The notes: generated from the sequence alone by a model not told the origin. Shown: positions 1-9,523, numbered from the stretch's first letter. The stretch is DNA of 64,000 nucleotides from Bacteroidota bacterium (GCA_005798825.1 SYIL01000004.1:37769-101768), one strand, 5' to 3'. Numbers and translations are program-made.

Positions 1-344
1 CAGAATCCATAATAATCGCAATGGATGGAAAAGCTTGATACATATTCCAAGGCCGAATGCTGCGCACTATAATCCAAGGGATTGCGGGCAAATAGCAATC
101 CATTTCGGACAGCTTCAGCCTTGCCCTGGTTGGTGGGTATGTTTAAAATATGTAAGCGAGACTGAATGTCGAGAGCGGCATTTTGGTGTAAAGCAAACAA
201 AATTGAAGCGGTCTGGTCTTTGCTTCCATCATTCACAAAAACAAGGCATAACAAAGGATTGTTTTGTAACCCATCAATGAATTCAGGCAGATTCAATCGA
301 GCGGCTTCATTGTAACATGGAATAACTAAGCAGGTAGAGCGCAT
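1..344 (-). CDS. Glycosyltransferase family 2 (polyprenol-phosphate glycosyltransferase-like), 3' end outside window
   Basis: Not in ORF track. Manual translation from ATG at 344: MRSTCLVIPCYNEAARLNLPEFIDGLQNNPLLCLVFVNDGSKDQT...NQGKAEAVRNG. Contains GT2 motifs VIPCYNE, FVNDGSxD and NxGKxxAVRxG. The frame stays open to the window edge. Confidence 0.88.
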   Translation of the reverse strand, partial: MRSTCLVIPCYNEAARLNLPEFIDGLQNNPLLCLVFVNDGSKDQTASILFALHQNAALDIQSRLHILNIPTNQGKAEAVRNGLLFARNPLDYSAQHSALEYVSSFSIHCDYYGF

Positions 345-454
345 TGAATAAAATCTGTTTGCCAAATTACCATGTATTTATGAATCTACCTATAATATCC
401 ATGGGTTTTGGAAGGGTTTTTGTATTTTTTTTCTAAATTACAGCCTGTCGAAAG

Positions 455-462
455 TAAATTTG
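455..462 (+). promoter_or_regulatory. Bacteroidota sigmaA -7 box (TAAATTTG) for cbs operon
   Basis: Exact TAnnTTTG match, 7 nt before ATG 470. Confidence 0.65.
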
Positions 463-469
463 TAAAAAA

Positions 470-1846
470 ATGCAGGTATATCATAACATACTACAAACAA
501 TTGGCAATACTCCGATGGTTCAATTAAACGCAATCACAAAGGAGTTGCCATGTAGTGTGTATGCAAAAATTGAAACCACCAATCCCGGAAATTCGATTAA
601 AGACCGGATGGCATTGAAGATGATTGAAGATGCCGAGTCATCTGGTGCGCTCAAGCCGGGAGGCGTAATTATCGAAGGCACAAGTGGTAATACTGGCATG
701 GGCTTGGCCATTGCAGCAGTTGTAAAAGGATACCGGTGTATTTTTACCACCACAGACAAACAAAGCAAAGAAAAAGTAGATGCGCTCAAGGCCTTTGGTG
801 CGGAAGTTATTGTGTGTCCAACCGATGTATCACCCGATGATCCTCGCAGTTATTATAGTGTAAGCAGTCGATTGGCGTTAGAGATACCCAATTCCTGGAA
901 ACCAAATCAATACGATAATTTAAGCAACTCATTGGCCCATTATGAGCAAACTGGTCCTGAAATATGGAAGCAATTGGACGGGAGTATTACCCATTTGGTT
1001 GTAGGTGTGGGAACAGGAGGAACAATCTGTGGTACGGGCAAATTCTTAAAAGAAAAAAATCCCAATATTCAGGTATTGGGAATCGATACCTATGGTTCGG
1101 TTTTTAAAAAATATAAAGAAACAAGTATTTTTGATCCGAATGAAGTGTATCCCTATATTACAGAAGGAATAGGGGAAGATTTTCTGCCTGCAAATGTCGA
1201 TTTTTCTATTATTGATCATTTTGAAAAAGTCAGCGATATGGATGCTGCGGTAATGACTCGAAGAATTCCCCGAGAAGAAGGGATTTTTGCCGGAAATAGT
1301 GCAGGTGCAGCTTTGGCTGGCATTATTCAGATGAAATCGCGTTTTAAAAAGAGTGATGTGGTAGTGGTCATTTTTCACGATCATGGAACCCGGTATCTGG
1401 GAAAAATGTTCAACGAACAGTGGATGCAAGACCGTGGATTTATCGCACCCAAAAAAATGCAAACAGCCATGGACTTGATTCAAAGTCATGCCCAACTGCC
1501 ATTACTTTGTGTGTCAGTCACTGATAAATGTGGACAAGCCATTGAATTGATGCAAAAATACAGCGTATCCCAACTACCTGTCAAAGATCTTCAAGGCAAT
1601 TTTGTTGGGGCCGTTGAAGATGTTCAGTTGTATGCAAAAATGTTGAGCAACACAGACTTGATTTCAAAACCCGTTTCGGATATTATGGGAAAATCTTTTC
1701 CTATTGTGAGCCATATGTCAAGCATTGCCGGAATCTCAAAAAAAATCGATAAGCACAACGCAGCTGTTCTGACGATGGACATGGGTGGTAACTGGCATAT
1801 TATCACAAAACAAGATTTAATACAAGCCATTGCCAAAGGAAATTAA
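470..1846 (+). CDS. cbs: Cystathionine beta-synthase (PLP type II fold + C-terminal CBS pair)
   Basis: IGNTP, NPGNSIKDR (PLP Lys), TSGNTG and GVGTGGT motifs. C-terminal CBS domains (VSQLPV, IITKQDLI). Confidence 0.88.
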   Translation: MQVYHNILQTIGNTPMVQLNAITKELPCSVYAKIETTNPGNSIKDRMALKMIEDAESSGALKPGGVIIEGTSGNTGMGLAIAAVVKGYRCIFTTTDKQSKEKVDALKAFGAEVIVCPTDVSPDDPRSYYSVSSRLALEIPNSWKPNQYDNLSNSLAHYEQTGPEIWKQLDGSITHLVVGVGTGGTICGTGKFLKEKNPNIQVLGIDTYGSVFKKYKETSIFDPNEVYPYITEGIGEDFLPANVDFSIIDHFEKVSDMDAAVMTRRIPREEGIFAGNSAGAALAGIIQMKSRFKKSDVVVVIFHDHGTRYLGKMFNEQWMQDRGFIAPKKMQTAMDLIQSHAQLPLLCVSVTDKCGQAIELMQKYSVSQLPVKDLQGNFVGAVEDVQLYAKMLSNTDLISKPVSDIMGKSFPIVSHMSSIAGISKKIDKHNAAVLTMDMGGNWHIITKQDLIQAIAKGN

Positions 1847-1855
1847 AGATTTATC

Positions 1856-2620
1856 GTGTCGATCATAATAAAAACAACTGCGCAAATCGAAGGTATCCGA
1901 AAGAGTGCACACTTGGCAGCGAAGACCCTTAAATATTTAGAACAATTTGTAATTGCTGGGGCAAAAACCATTGATATTGACCGTAAATGCGAAGAATTTA
2001 TTCGCCAGCACGGAGCGATTCCTGCAACCAAGGGATACCGCGGATTTAAACATGCCTGTTGTATTTCTCCCAATGATGTAATTTGTCATGGAGTGCCCAA
2101 TGAGACTCTTTTACAAAATGGAGATATTGTTAATATTGATGTGACAACAATACTCGATGGATATTTTGGAGATACTTGTAAAATGTACTATGTTGGAGAG
2201 CCATCCCAGTATGCAAGGGAATTGGTTGAAACTACCAAAGCTTGTTTAAAAGCTGGTATGAAACAGTGTTTCCCAGGTAACCGATTAAATAATATAGGTT
2301 TTAATATTGCCAAAATTGCACATAAACAGGGTTATTCAGTGGTGTATGAATTTTGTGGACATGGTGTAGGTCTGAAATTTCATGAAGCGCCGGATGTTGC
2401 CCATATTGCAGATGAAAATACTGGGCCAATTCTTAAGCCCGGAATGATTTTCACCATTGAGCCCATGATTAATGCAGGGAAGTCAAGGTCTAAAATTGAC
2501 CGCAAAGATGGCTGGACAGCCCGAACCATTGATGGCAGATTGAGTGCGCAATTCGAACATACTGTGTTGATAACGGAAACTGGATATGAGGCTTTAAGTG
2601 ATTTGTACCATGACTTCTAA
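1856..2620 (+). CDS. map: Methionine aminopeptidase type I
   Basis: ICHGVP, DIVNIDVT, GYFGD, CGHGVG, FHEAP, FTIEPMIN and SAQFEHT motifs. GTG start. Confidence 0.95.
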   Translation: MSIIIKTTAQIEGIRKSAHLAAKTLKYLEQFVIAGAKTIDIDRKCEEFIRQHGAIPATKGYRGFKHACCISPNDVICHGVPNETLLQNGDIVNIDVTTILDGYFGDTCKMYYVGEPSQYARELVETTKACLKAGMKQCFPGNRLNNIGFNIAKIAHKQGYSVVYEFCGHGVGLKFHEAPDVAHIADENTGPILKPGMIFTIEPMINAGKSRSKIDRKDGWTARTIDGRLSAQFEHTVLITETGYEALSDLYHDF

Positions 2621-3458
2621 TATAAAAATTCATCCGATTCCCACTGGGAATTTCAAACTAGATGGGGGTGCTATGTTTGGAGTTGTCCCTAAAACAATTT
2701 GGCAAAAATTGGTCTTGCCCGATGAAAATAATTTATGCAATTGGGCCATGCGCTGTATTTTGGTTGAAACAGCCGATCGCCTTATCCTCATTGACACAGG
2801 AATTGGCGATAAACAAAATGAAAAATTTTATTCGTATTATCACCTTAATGGAGATAGTAGTTTGGCACAATCAATGAATCGGGTTGGGTTTGATTTTGTA
2901 GATATTACAGATGTTTTGTTAACCCACCTTCATTTTGACCACTGTGGAGGGGCAGTCTACCGAAATGAAAACAACGAGTTATTGCCCAGGTTTCCCAATG
3001 CCCGTTATCATGTTACATCCCAACAATGGGAGCATGCAAACCAACCCAACCAGAGAGAAAAGGCTTCTTTCTTGCCTGAGAATTTTGAACCTTTGATGAA
3101 AGCGAACAAAATTAATTTTGTTAAAGACGGCGATACCCTCGCCGATTGTATTGACATCAAGGTATTCAACGGCCATACGTTTGGAATGATTGTACCTTTA
3201 ATTCATTGTAAAGACCAGAAATATATGTTTATGGCAGATTTGATTCCTTCTTCCGCCCATGTCTCAATTAATTACGTAATGGGATATGATATTCAGCCCC
3301 TTGTGACAATGGCCGAAAAAAAGGCTCTTTTACCTTGGTTGGAAAAAAATGGGGTTTTATTAATTTACGAGCACGATTTGCAGTGTCTCGGAAGCCGGGT
3401 AGAGGGCAACGAAAAAGGGCAATTCAAAGCGGTTGATTTTTTCAACACACTTTGTTAA
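2610..3458 (+). CDS. MBL-fold metallo-hydrolase (YtnP-like)
   Basis: LDGGAMFGVVPK, THLHFDHCGG (HxHxDH), GHT, ADL and YEHD. Start moved to ATG 2610, overlapping the map stop. Confidence 0.88.
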   Translation: MTSNIKIHPIPTGNFKLDGGAMFGVVPKTIWQKLVLPDENNLCNWAMRCILVETADRLILIDTGIGDKQNEKFYSYYHLNGDSSLAQSMNRVGFDFVDITDVLLTHLHFDHCGGAVYRNENNELLPRFPNARYHVTSQQWEHANQPNQREKASFLPENFEPLMKANKINFVKDGDTLADCIDIKVFNGHTFGMIVPLIHCKDQKYMFMADLIPSSAHVSINYVMGYDIQPLVTMAEKKALLPWLEKNGVLLIYEHDLQCLGSRVEGNEKGQFKAVDFFNTLC

Positions 3459-3469
3459 TGGTCATTTGA

Positions 3470-6268
3470 TCATTCCAGGCCGTATTTTTTTGTATCCAAG
3501 GGCTTGTCTGTGATTGATTCATAAATCTCTTTTATGGCTTCAATTGCAATTTCTTGATCCATTGTGCTTTTGGGATTTCCCCAAAGGGCAGCCTGCGTCC
3601 ACAAATTATAGTTTTCCAAATCATTTTGCATTTGAAAGGCTTGTGCACCCATGGCATAAATCCGATCACTCATTGGACTGACAGCAACGGCCTCCTGAAG
3701 TGTCTTTATCCCAATCGCCGGATTATTTCCTCTTTTGGATAGTTGTGCCTGGGCTTTCATCAAATAGCCTTCAGCATCTCTTGGCCTAGACTCAATAAAT
3801 TCGGTCATTTCTTTTTCTGCATCATCAAATTTATTTAGGTTGAAATAGTATTGAAACAATGCAAAATGTGTTTTGCTAAACTCAGGGTAAAACAATTTAG
3901 ATTTTTTTCCATAGGCAATGGCAGAATCATATTTTCCAATACTGGCAAAGGCCGTAGAGATGAAAAAACAGATTTCAGATCGATTGGGGTCACGTTTTAG
4001 ATAATCTTTTAAAAGGGAAATCCCTCTCAGAAATGCAGTGTCTTTCTCGATTGCCTTAATTCCCTTTACATCTTCAAAACCAGGCCTTTTAATCACAACC
4101 CCTGCTGGATATCCATCGACCATTTGCTGATAAATTGTACCTTTGGGAGGAAATTCTCCTGATTTTAAACGTGCTTTATCAAAATAGGCATTAAAAAATA
4201 TACAGTAATCCCAATTTTTGCTACTTCGTTCGTCAAATCGGGTATAGCCAACATGTATATTTTTGTCATTTCGACAATAATATTTAACATGATCCATTCC
4301 ATACGTCAATACCTCGTATTTTTTTTCCGGATGCTTGCGAGAAACATTATTCAAGAACCATTCGGTACTTGGACGCAAACTGGCCAGGTAATAATCCATT
4401 TCAAATTCACCATATGCATTTTTCATTCCCCCATAATATTCGTTGAAATAAGAATACGAAACCGGATGGTTTGCCACAATAAATTTTGATGGAAAAATTA
4501 ACAAAAACAAGGCAATAAATATTGGAAATGATTGTAATTTTTTATTGATAGAACTCAAAAAAAGCCCAAACCATTGATAACCAACCACCGACAATATCAC
4601 AAAACAAGGCAGAGTGAATAAAATTTGGCGTATGCCACCATACACCTGGGATTCTTGAATAAAAATATAAACAATTGGAAAAATCGCTGCAAAAAGGATT
4701 AAAAATAGTTCGTTATTGAATCGTTTGCGATTGGGATAGATAAACAACACAAAAAGAAGTATGCCCAAAAGCACAGCCAACGGAGTGCTAATGGCAAAAT
4801 ATTTACTCAGGTAGCCCAAGGGGAGCATGTCTGAATCGTAAACCTTCCCTTCGAATAATTGACGAAGAGCAACAGCATAATTGGTAAATTCTTTCAAGGC
4901 AAGAAACGGATTTGACAGTGGATCATCCCAGCCATAGGGCCAAAGGACAATTCCAAGAATATAAGAACCCATACCTATAATTATTATGGCAATACAGAAG
5001 GGTTTTATCCCTTTCCATTTAAAACCTATAATTTGTTTAAATCCAATTTGCTCAATGTATTTTAGTCCGGCGTACATTACAAAAATGGCAATCGATAGAA
5101 GTCCACCAATGCGAATACTAATGGCCAAAGCAGTGCTAAGAACCAAGCCAAAAGCAGAACCCCATCTAAAATTTGGCCAGTGCTGAAAGGTTTTTATTGC
5201 ATAATATAAACTCATAATATACCCCAGGGCAAAAGGAATATCTTTGGGATTATTCATGGCCTCGCCAAAGAATCGGGGCATAAGCATGACCAATAACAAT
5301 GTAAGCCAAGCATAAAGCCAACTTCCATTCAGCAATCTTCGAACAATGAGTGCTGTGTAAAAAACACAGAAAAATCCAAAAACTGCGTTCCACCAATGCC
5401 GAAATCCCATGTAATCTTCAACACCAAAAAAATAGACCAATACAGTGGTAAAAGTATCAAAACTAGACCCATATAAATGCATCAAACGATCAGGATCTTT
5501 CACGGAAGCCAAATCTGATCCCTTGATTGGAAGCAACTTGGCTAATGTATACATTCTTTGGCCTTTAAGTTCATTGGTATCGATGGGTATTTGTATATCC
5601 AATGGTTCTAAATAGTAATTTGCAATCAGTTTAGAATAAGTATATTGTGTAAATTCATCTCCAGAGACGGAAGCTGTTTTGCTCATGGTCGTCATAAAAA
5701 TCAAGGCAAGAGCTGAAAGAAGCATAAATGCCCACTTGTGATAATTTTTATTGCCCGTCAGGTAATATTGTATGGGAAAACGAAACCAATTTTTCACCAT
5801 TGACAAAAATGCAAAAGGGGTAGAAGTGGGTGTATTTATGATTATTTGTAATTCATGTGTCAGGGTTTTTTCACAATTATAAATTAGCTGTCCAATGCTA
5901 TGGCAGGGTGTTTGTTCTTTCAGCAATGCAATCAAACAATGAGTGCCAAGAACTACAAATTTGGCGTCAGCATCCGATGAATCAAAACCAGTAAGTATTT
6001 GGGCGAACACTTTTGCTTTTGCACGGGTTTTTGCAATGGCATAGCCCAAAAATGGTTCACGTCCAATTTTCTGCATTACCGATTCTATTTCACTTGATTT
6101 GGGTTGCGTAACGCCCGCATACACAATAATTGGTTTTGAGAAATCAACAGCATCTTGGATTTTCGCCAAAAGAATCCGTCCATTGGGGGCTATTTCGTTT
6201 AAAAGAAAAAGTTGAAATCTTTTATCAGGTTGCTCTACTTGTTTTGAATGGGGCGTGTGTTTCGACAT
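3470..6268 (-). CDS. GT-C fold multi-pass glycosyltransferase (PMT/ArnT-like) with C-terminal TPRs
   Basis: Early SGDE acidic loop motif, many TM helices, PRFFGEAMNNPKDIPFA, periplasmic domain (FEMDYY) and TPR-like helical repeats at the C-terminus. Confidence 0.75.
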   Translation of the reverse strand: MSKHTPHSKQVEQPDKRFQLFLLNEIAPNGRILLAKIQDAVDFSKPIIVYAGVTQPKSSEIESVMQKIGREPFLGYAIAKTRAKAKVFAQILTGFDSSDADAKFVVLGTHCLIALLKEQTPCHSIGQLIYNCEKTLTHELQIIINTPTSTPFAFLSMVKNWFRFPIQYYLTGNKNYHKWAFMLLSALALIFMTTMSKTASVSGDEFTQYTYSKLIANYYLEPLDIQIPIDTNELKGQRMYTLAKLLPIKGSDLASVKDPDRLMHLYGSSFDTFTTVLVYFFGVEDYMGFRHWWNAVFGFFCVFYTALIVRRLLNGSWLYAWLTLLLVMLMPRFFGEAMNNPKDIPFALGYIMSLYYAIKTFQHWPNFRWGSAFGLVLSTALAISIRIGGLLSIAIFVMYAGLKYIEQIGFKQIIGFKWKGIKPFCIAIIIIGMGSYILGIVLWPYGWDDPLSNPFLALKEFTNYAVALRQLFEGKVYDSDMLPLGYLSKYFAISTPLAVLLGILLFVLFIYPNRKRFNNELFLILFAAIFPIVYIFIQESQVYGGIRQILFTLPCFVILSVVGYQWFGLFLSSINKKLQSFPIFIALFLLIFPSKFIVANHPVSYSYFNEYYGGMKNAYGEFEMDYYLASLRPSTEWFLNNVSRKHPEKKYEVLTYGMDHVKYYCRNDKNIHVGYTRFDERSSKNWDYCIFFNAYFDKARLKSGEFPPKGTIYQQMVDGYPAGVVIKRPGFEDVKGIKAIEKDTAFLRGISLLKDYLKRDPNRSEICFFISTAFASIGKYDSAIAYGKKSKLFYPEFSKTHFALFQYYFNLNKFDDAEKEMTEFIESRPRDAEGYLMKAQAQLSKRGNNPAIGIKTLQEAVAVSPMSDRIYAMGAQAFQMQNDLENYNLWTQAALWGNPKSTMDQEIAIEAIKEIYESITDKPLDTKKYGLE

Positions 6269-6276
6269 ATCTAGGG

Positions 6277-6284
6277 CAAACCTA
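6277..6284 (-). promoter_or_regulatory. -7 box (TAGGTTTG) for the GT-C gene
   Basis: Exact TAnnTTTG on minus strand, 8 nt before ATG 6268. Confidence 0.6.
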
Positions 6285-6402
6285 CAAGAATTTTTACATT
6301 GAAATTAATCAATCCAAAGAAAATTTTGCGTGTTTTAAACAGTTAATCCCAATAATATTTAAACCAATCGTATTTTAATGCCAATTCTCAAAAATATTTA
6401 CC

Positions 6403-6410
6403 TATTTTTG
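6403..6410 (+). promoter_or_regulatory. -7 box (TATTTTTG) for rpsA
   Basis: Exact TAnnTTTG, 26 nt before TTG 6437. Confidence 0.7.
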
Positions 6411-6420
6411 CCGCCCGATC

Positions 6421-6428
6421 AAAGGAGG
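6421..6428 (+). promoter_or_regulatory. Shine-Dalgarno sequence of rpsA (AAAGGAGG)
   Basis: Canonical SD with an 8-nt spacer to the TTG start at 6437. Confidence 0.8.
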
Positions 6429-6436
6429 AACTATTT

Positions 6437-8824
6437 TTGACAAACAAAAAAAAAGAAACTGTTGCAGATGAAACCGTTGTTGTTTCAACTCCACAAATTG
6501 AGCAAATTGCCGATGAAACCCTCAGTGTTTCAAACGTAGAAATCGACAGTACCCTTGAGGTAGACCCCGAAGAAGTTTTAGAAATTTCATCAAATCAAAA
6601 CGAGGTGCTTGTGGAAGCAAGTTCTGAAGAAGTTGTTGACGAAACAGTTGAAATTTCCCAGGAAGAAACCTTACAGACACACTCCAAGCCCACCAAAACA
6701 AAGAAGACGGCGACACTGGCAGAAAGTGCCCACGACGATTTTGATTGGTCCGCTGACGATGCAGGCTTTGAAACTTATTCACAGGATGAGCGCAAGCAGT
6801 TAGAGGTTTCCTATAATTCTACTTTTCAACCTGTTATTGAAAAACAAGTAGTAAAAGGGGTAATTGTAGGAATGAATGAAAAAGATGTAGTGATTAATAT
6901 CGGCTTTAAAAGTGACGGTTTGGTATCACGTCAAGAATTTCGTGATGTCCCCAATCTAGCACTAGGCGATGAAGTCGAAGTATTTGTAGACGTTGCCGAA
7001 GATAAAATGGGGCAATTGATTTTAAGTAGAAAAAAAGCTTTACAAGAAACTGCTTGGGAAAAAATCGTTGAGGCCCACAACAGCGGAGCCATTGTTACTG
7101 GTTATGTTCGTTCTAGAACAAAAGGAGGTTTGGTGGTGGATGTGTTTAGTTTTGATACCTTTTTACCAGGATCTCAAATTGATACTAAGCCAGTTCGCGA
7201 TTACGATCAGTATGTAGGTAAGAATATGGATTTTAAAATTGTTAAAATCAATGAAATCTTTAAAAATGTTGTTGTTTCTCACAAAGCACTTATCGAAGAC
7301 GATATTGAAGCACAGAAATCTGTAATATTATCCAAACTAGAAAAAGGTCAAGTCGTAGAAGGGGTTGTCAAAAATATGACTTCCTTTGGCGTGTTCGTTG
7401 ACTTGGGTGGAATCGATGGACTGTTGCACATAACAGACATTTCATGGGGTAGAATTAACCACCCTGAGGAAGTATTGAAATTGGATGACCGAATCCAAGT
7501 CGTTATCCTTGATTATGATGACGCCAAAAAGCGTATTTCTTTGGGACTAAAGCAATTGTCATCTCATCCATGGGATAACCTAACCGATGATGTTGTCGAA
7601 GGTTCAACTGTATCAGGCAAGGTTGTTTCAGTGGCAGATTATGGCGCATTTATTGAAATAAAACCCGGTATAGAAGGTCTTGTCCATGTAAGTGAAATGA
7701 GTTGGAGTTCGCATTTGAGAAATCCATCTGAGTATCTTAATGTGGGAGATGAGGTACAAACCCAAGTTCTCACCTTAAATAAGACTGAGCATAAGATGAG
7801 TTTGGGCATCAAACAATTAACCCAAGATCCATGGATTGAAATTGAGAATAATTACGCCCAAGGCTCAAAGCATTCCGGCGTTGTTAAGAATCTTACCACT
7901 TATGGATTATTCTTAGAATTAAAAGAAGGCGTTGACGGGCTGGTGCATGTATCAGACCTCAGTTGGAATAAAAAAATTAAACATCCGAGTGAGTTTACCA
8001 AAAAAGGCGCTGTTTTGGATGTAATTGTTTTAGAGGTTGACAAAGTGAACCGTCGATTGAGTTTAGGGCATAAACAACTAGAGGAAAATCCTTGGGAAAC
8101 CTTTGAAACAATCTTTACAATTGGATCTGTTCATCAGGGAACTGTTATGTCTTCCAATGACAAAGGAGCAACTATCCAAATGCAGTATGGCGTAGAGGCA
8201 TTTGGCCCTTCTCGGCATATTAAAAAAGCCGACAACAAACCCATAGTTGATGATGAAACGCTAGCATTCGAAGTTGTTGAGTTTTCTAAAGATGCGAAAC
8301 GAATCATTGTATCGCATACAAACATCTGGAAAGGTGTCGAACGTGCCAACAAAGAAGCCGAAAATAACGAAAAAGATAAGGCACGCAGAAACGAAAGTAA
8401 GGTTGTAAAGAAAATGAATCAAACAACCGAGAAATCCACTTTTGGAGAACTGGATGCGCTTACAGCACTGCGGGAGCAATTTGAAAAGGCCGAAAAACAC
8501 ACCAAGAAAGAAACTGCAGTTAAAGTGGTTAAACCAATCGTAGCTGAGGCAGATGTTGTAAAGTCAGAAAAAATTACCAGCAAGTCAAAGTCGAAAGCAC
8601 CCTCCAAAGCAGTTGCTGATGCAACAGCAAAAGATGCCAAACCGCTAAAATCACTTTCAGGGGTTGGTCCGGCTATGGAGAAACGAATGAATGGACTGGG
8701 AATCAATTCTATCCAAAATGTATTGGAGTTAGACAGTAACCATATTGAAATCTTGGTTTCCAAAGATGCCAAAATATCTACAGAACAATGGAATAAGTGG
8801 ATTGAAGAAGCCCAGTCAATCTAA
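6437..8824 (+). CDS. rpsA: 30S ribosomal protein bS1 with acidic N-terminal extension and C-terminal HhH-like domain
   Basis: Six S1 repeats (FGVFVDLGGIDGLLHITDISW, YGAFIEIKPGIEGLVHVSEMSW, etc.) and Bacteroidota-type DFDW N-terminal motif. TTG start supported by the SD. Confidence 0.96.
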   Translation: MTNKKKETVADETVVVSTPQIEQIADETLSVSNVEIDSTLEVDPEEVLEISSNQNEVLVEASSEEVVDETVEISQEETLQTHSKPTKTKKTATLAESAHDDFDWSADDAGFETYSQDERKQLEVSYNSTFQPVIEKQVVKGVIVGMNEKDVVINIGFKSDGLVSRQEFRDVPNLALGDEVEVFVDVAEDKMGQLILSRKKALQETAWEKIVEAHNSGAIVTGYVRSRTKGGLVVDVFSFDTFLPGSQIDTKPVRDYDQYVGKNMDFKIVKINEIFKNVVVSHKALIEDDIEAQKSVILSKLEKGQVVEGVVKNMTSFGVFVDLGGIDGLLHITDISWGRINHPEEVLKLDDRIQVVILDYDDAKKRISLGLKQLSSHPWDNLTDDVVEGSTVSGKVVSVADYGAFIEIKPGIEGLVHVSEMSWSSHLRNPSEYLNVGDEVQTQVLTLNKTEHKMSLGIKQLTQDPWIEIENNYAQGSKHSGVVKNLTTYGLFLELKEGVDGLVHVSDLSWNKKIKHPSEFTKKGAVLDVIVLEVDKVNRRLSLGHKQLEENPWETFETIFTIGSVHQGTVMSSNDKGATIQMQYGVEAFGPSRHIKKADNKPIVDDETLAFEVVEFSKDAKRIIVSHTNIWKGVERANKEAENNEKDKARRNESKVVKKMNQTTEKSTFGELDALTALREQFEKAEKHTKKETAVKVVKPIVAEADVVKSEKITSKSKSKAPSKAVADATAKDAKPLKSLSGVGPAMEKRMNGLGINSIQNVLELDSNHIEILVSKDAKISTEQWNKWIEEAQSI

Positions 8825-8838
8825 TCTAAATATTTTCC

Positions 8839-8872
8839 GCAAAAGCCCCGCCTTGTTGGGGCTTCTGCTTTT
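8839..8872 (+). terminator. Probable intrinsic terminator after rpsA
   Basis: Hairpin GCAAAAGCCCCG-ccttgt-TGGGGCTTCTGC followed by TTTT. Confidence 0.7.
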
Positions 8873-8893
8873 ATAATAAGTATTATTGTAGCT

Positions 8894-9523
8894 ATGGAAG
8901 AGCAGTTAATCAGCGCTTTTATTATCAGTCTTCTTCACGGTTTTATTCCGGGTCACTGGTTGCCTTTTTTGGGGTTAGCAAATAAGATGGGATGGAGCAA
9001 GGCTACAACAATGCGCTATACTTCTATGGCAGCATTTGCTCATGCTTTGGGTACAATTTTAATCGGATTAACAATCGCCTTACTTACCCGTTTCTCAGTT
9101 GATTCATCAGAATCGATTAAACTCATTGCGGGATTTCATTTTAACAAAGTGGGTGCTTCGATATTAATTGTGCTTGGCTTTTGGTTTTTATATCGTCACC
9201 ACAGACACCACCATTTTCATTTTCCAGAAACCGAAGACAAATCCCAGTCAAAATGGGTATTTTGGTCTATTTTTTTGGCATTGTTTTTATCACCCTGTAT
9301 GGAAATCGAAGCCTATTTTTTAACCCTTGCACCAATGGGTTGGCCGATAATAGCATTGCTTATTGTAATGTACTTTACAACCACCTGGCTGAGCATGATG
9401 GGAGGTATTTGGATTGGTTACAGTGGAATTAAAAAATGGAATTCACATAAATTAGAGCATAATGCTGGACTTATAACCGGATTTGTTATGGTGTTGTCTG
9501 GCTTATTACTGTTTTTTTCTTGA
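8894..9523 (+). CDS. His-rich membrane protein, putative Ni/Co transporter (NiCoT/RcnA-like)
   Basis: About 6 TM helices, LLHGFIPGHWLP N-terminal motif, HHRHHHFH loop, SPC motif and EHNAG near the C-terminus. Confidence 0.6.
   Translation: MEEQLISAFIISLLHGFIPGHWLPFLGLANKMGWSKATTMRYTSMAAFAHALGTILIGLTIALLTRFSVDSSESIKLIAGFHFNKVGASILIVLGFWFLYRHHRHHHFHFPETEDKSQSKWVFWSIFLALFLSPCMEIEAYFLTLAPMGWPIIALLIVMYFTTTWLSMMGGIWIGYSGIKKWNSHKLEHNAGLITGFVMVLSGLLLFFS

Noticed and set aside
35-280. 81-aa plus-strand ORF in the track
   Set aside because: Antisense shadow of the GT2 gene on the minus strand (344->1), which has clear motifs.
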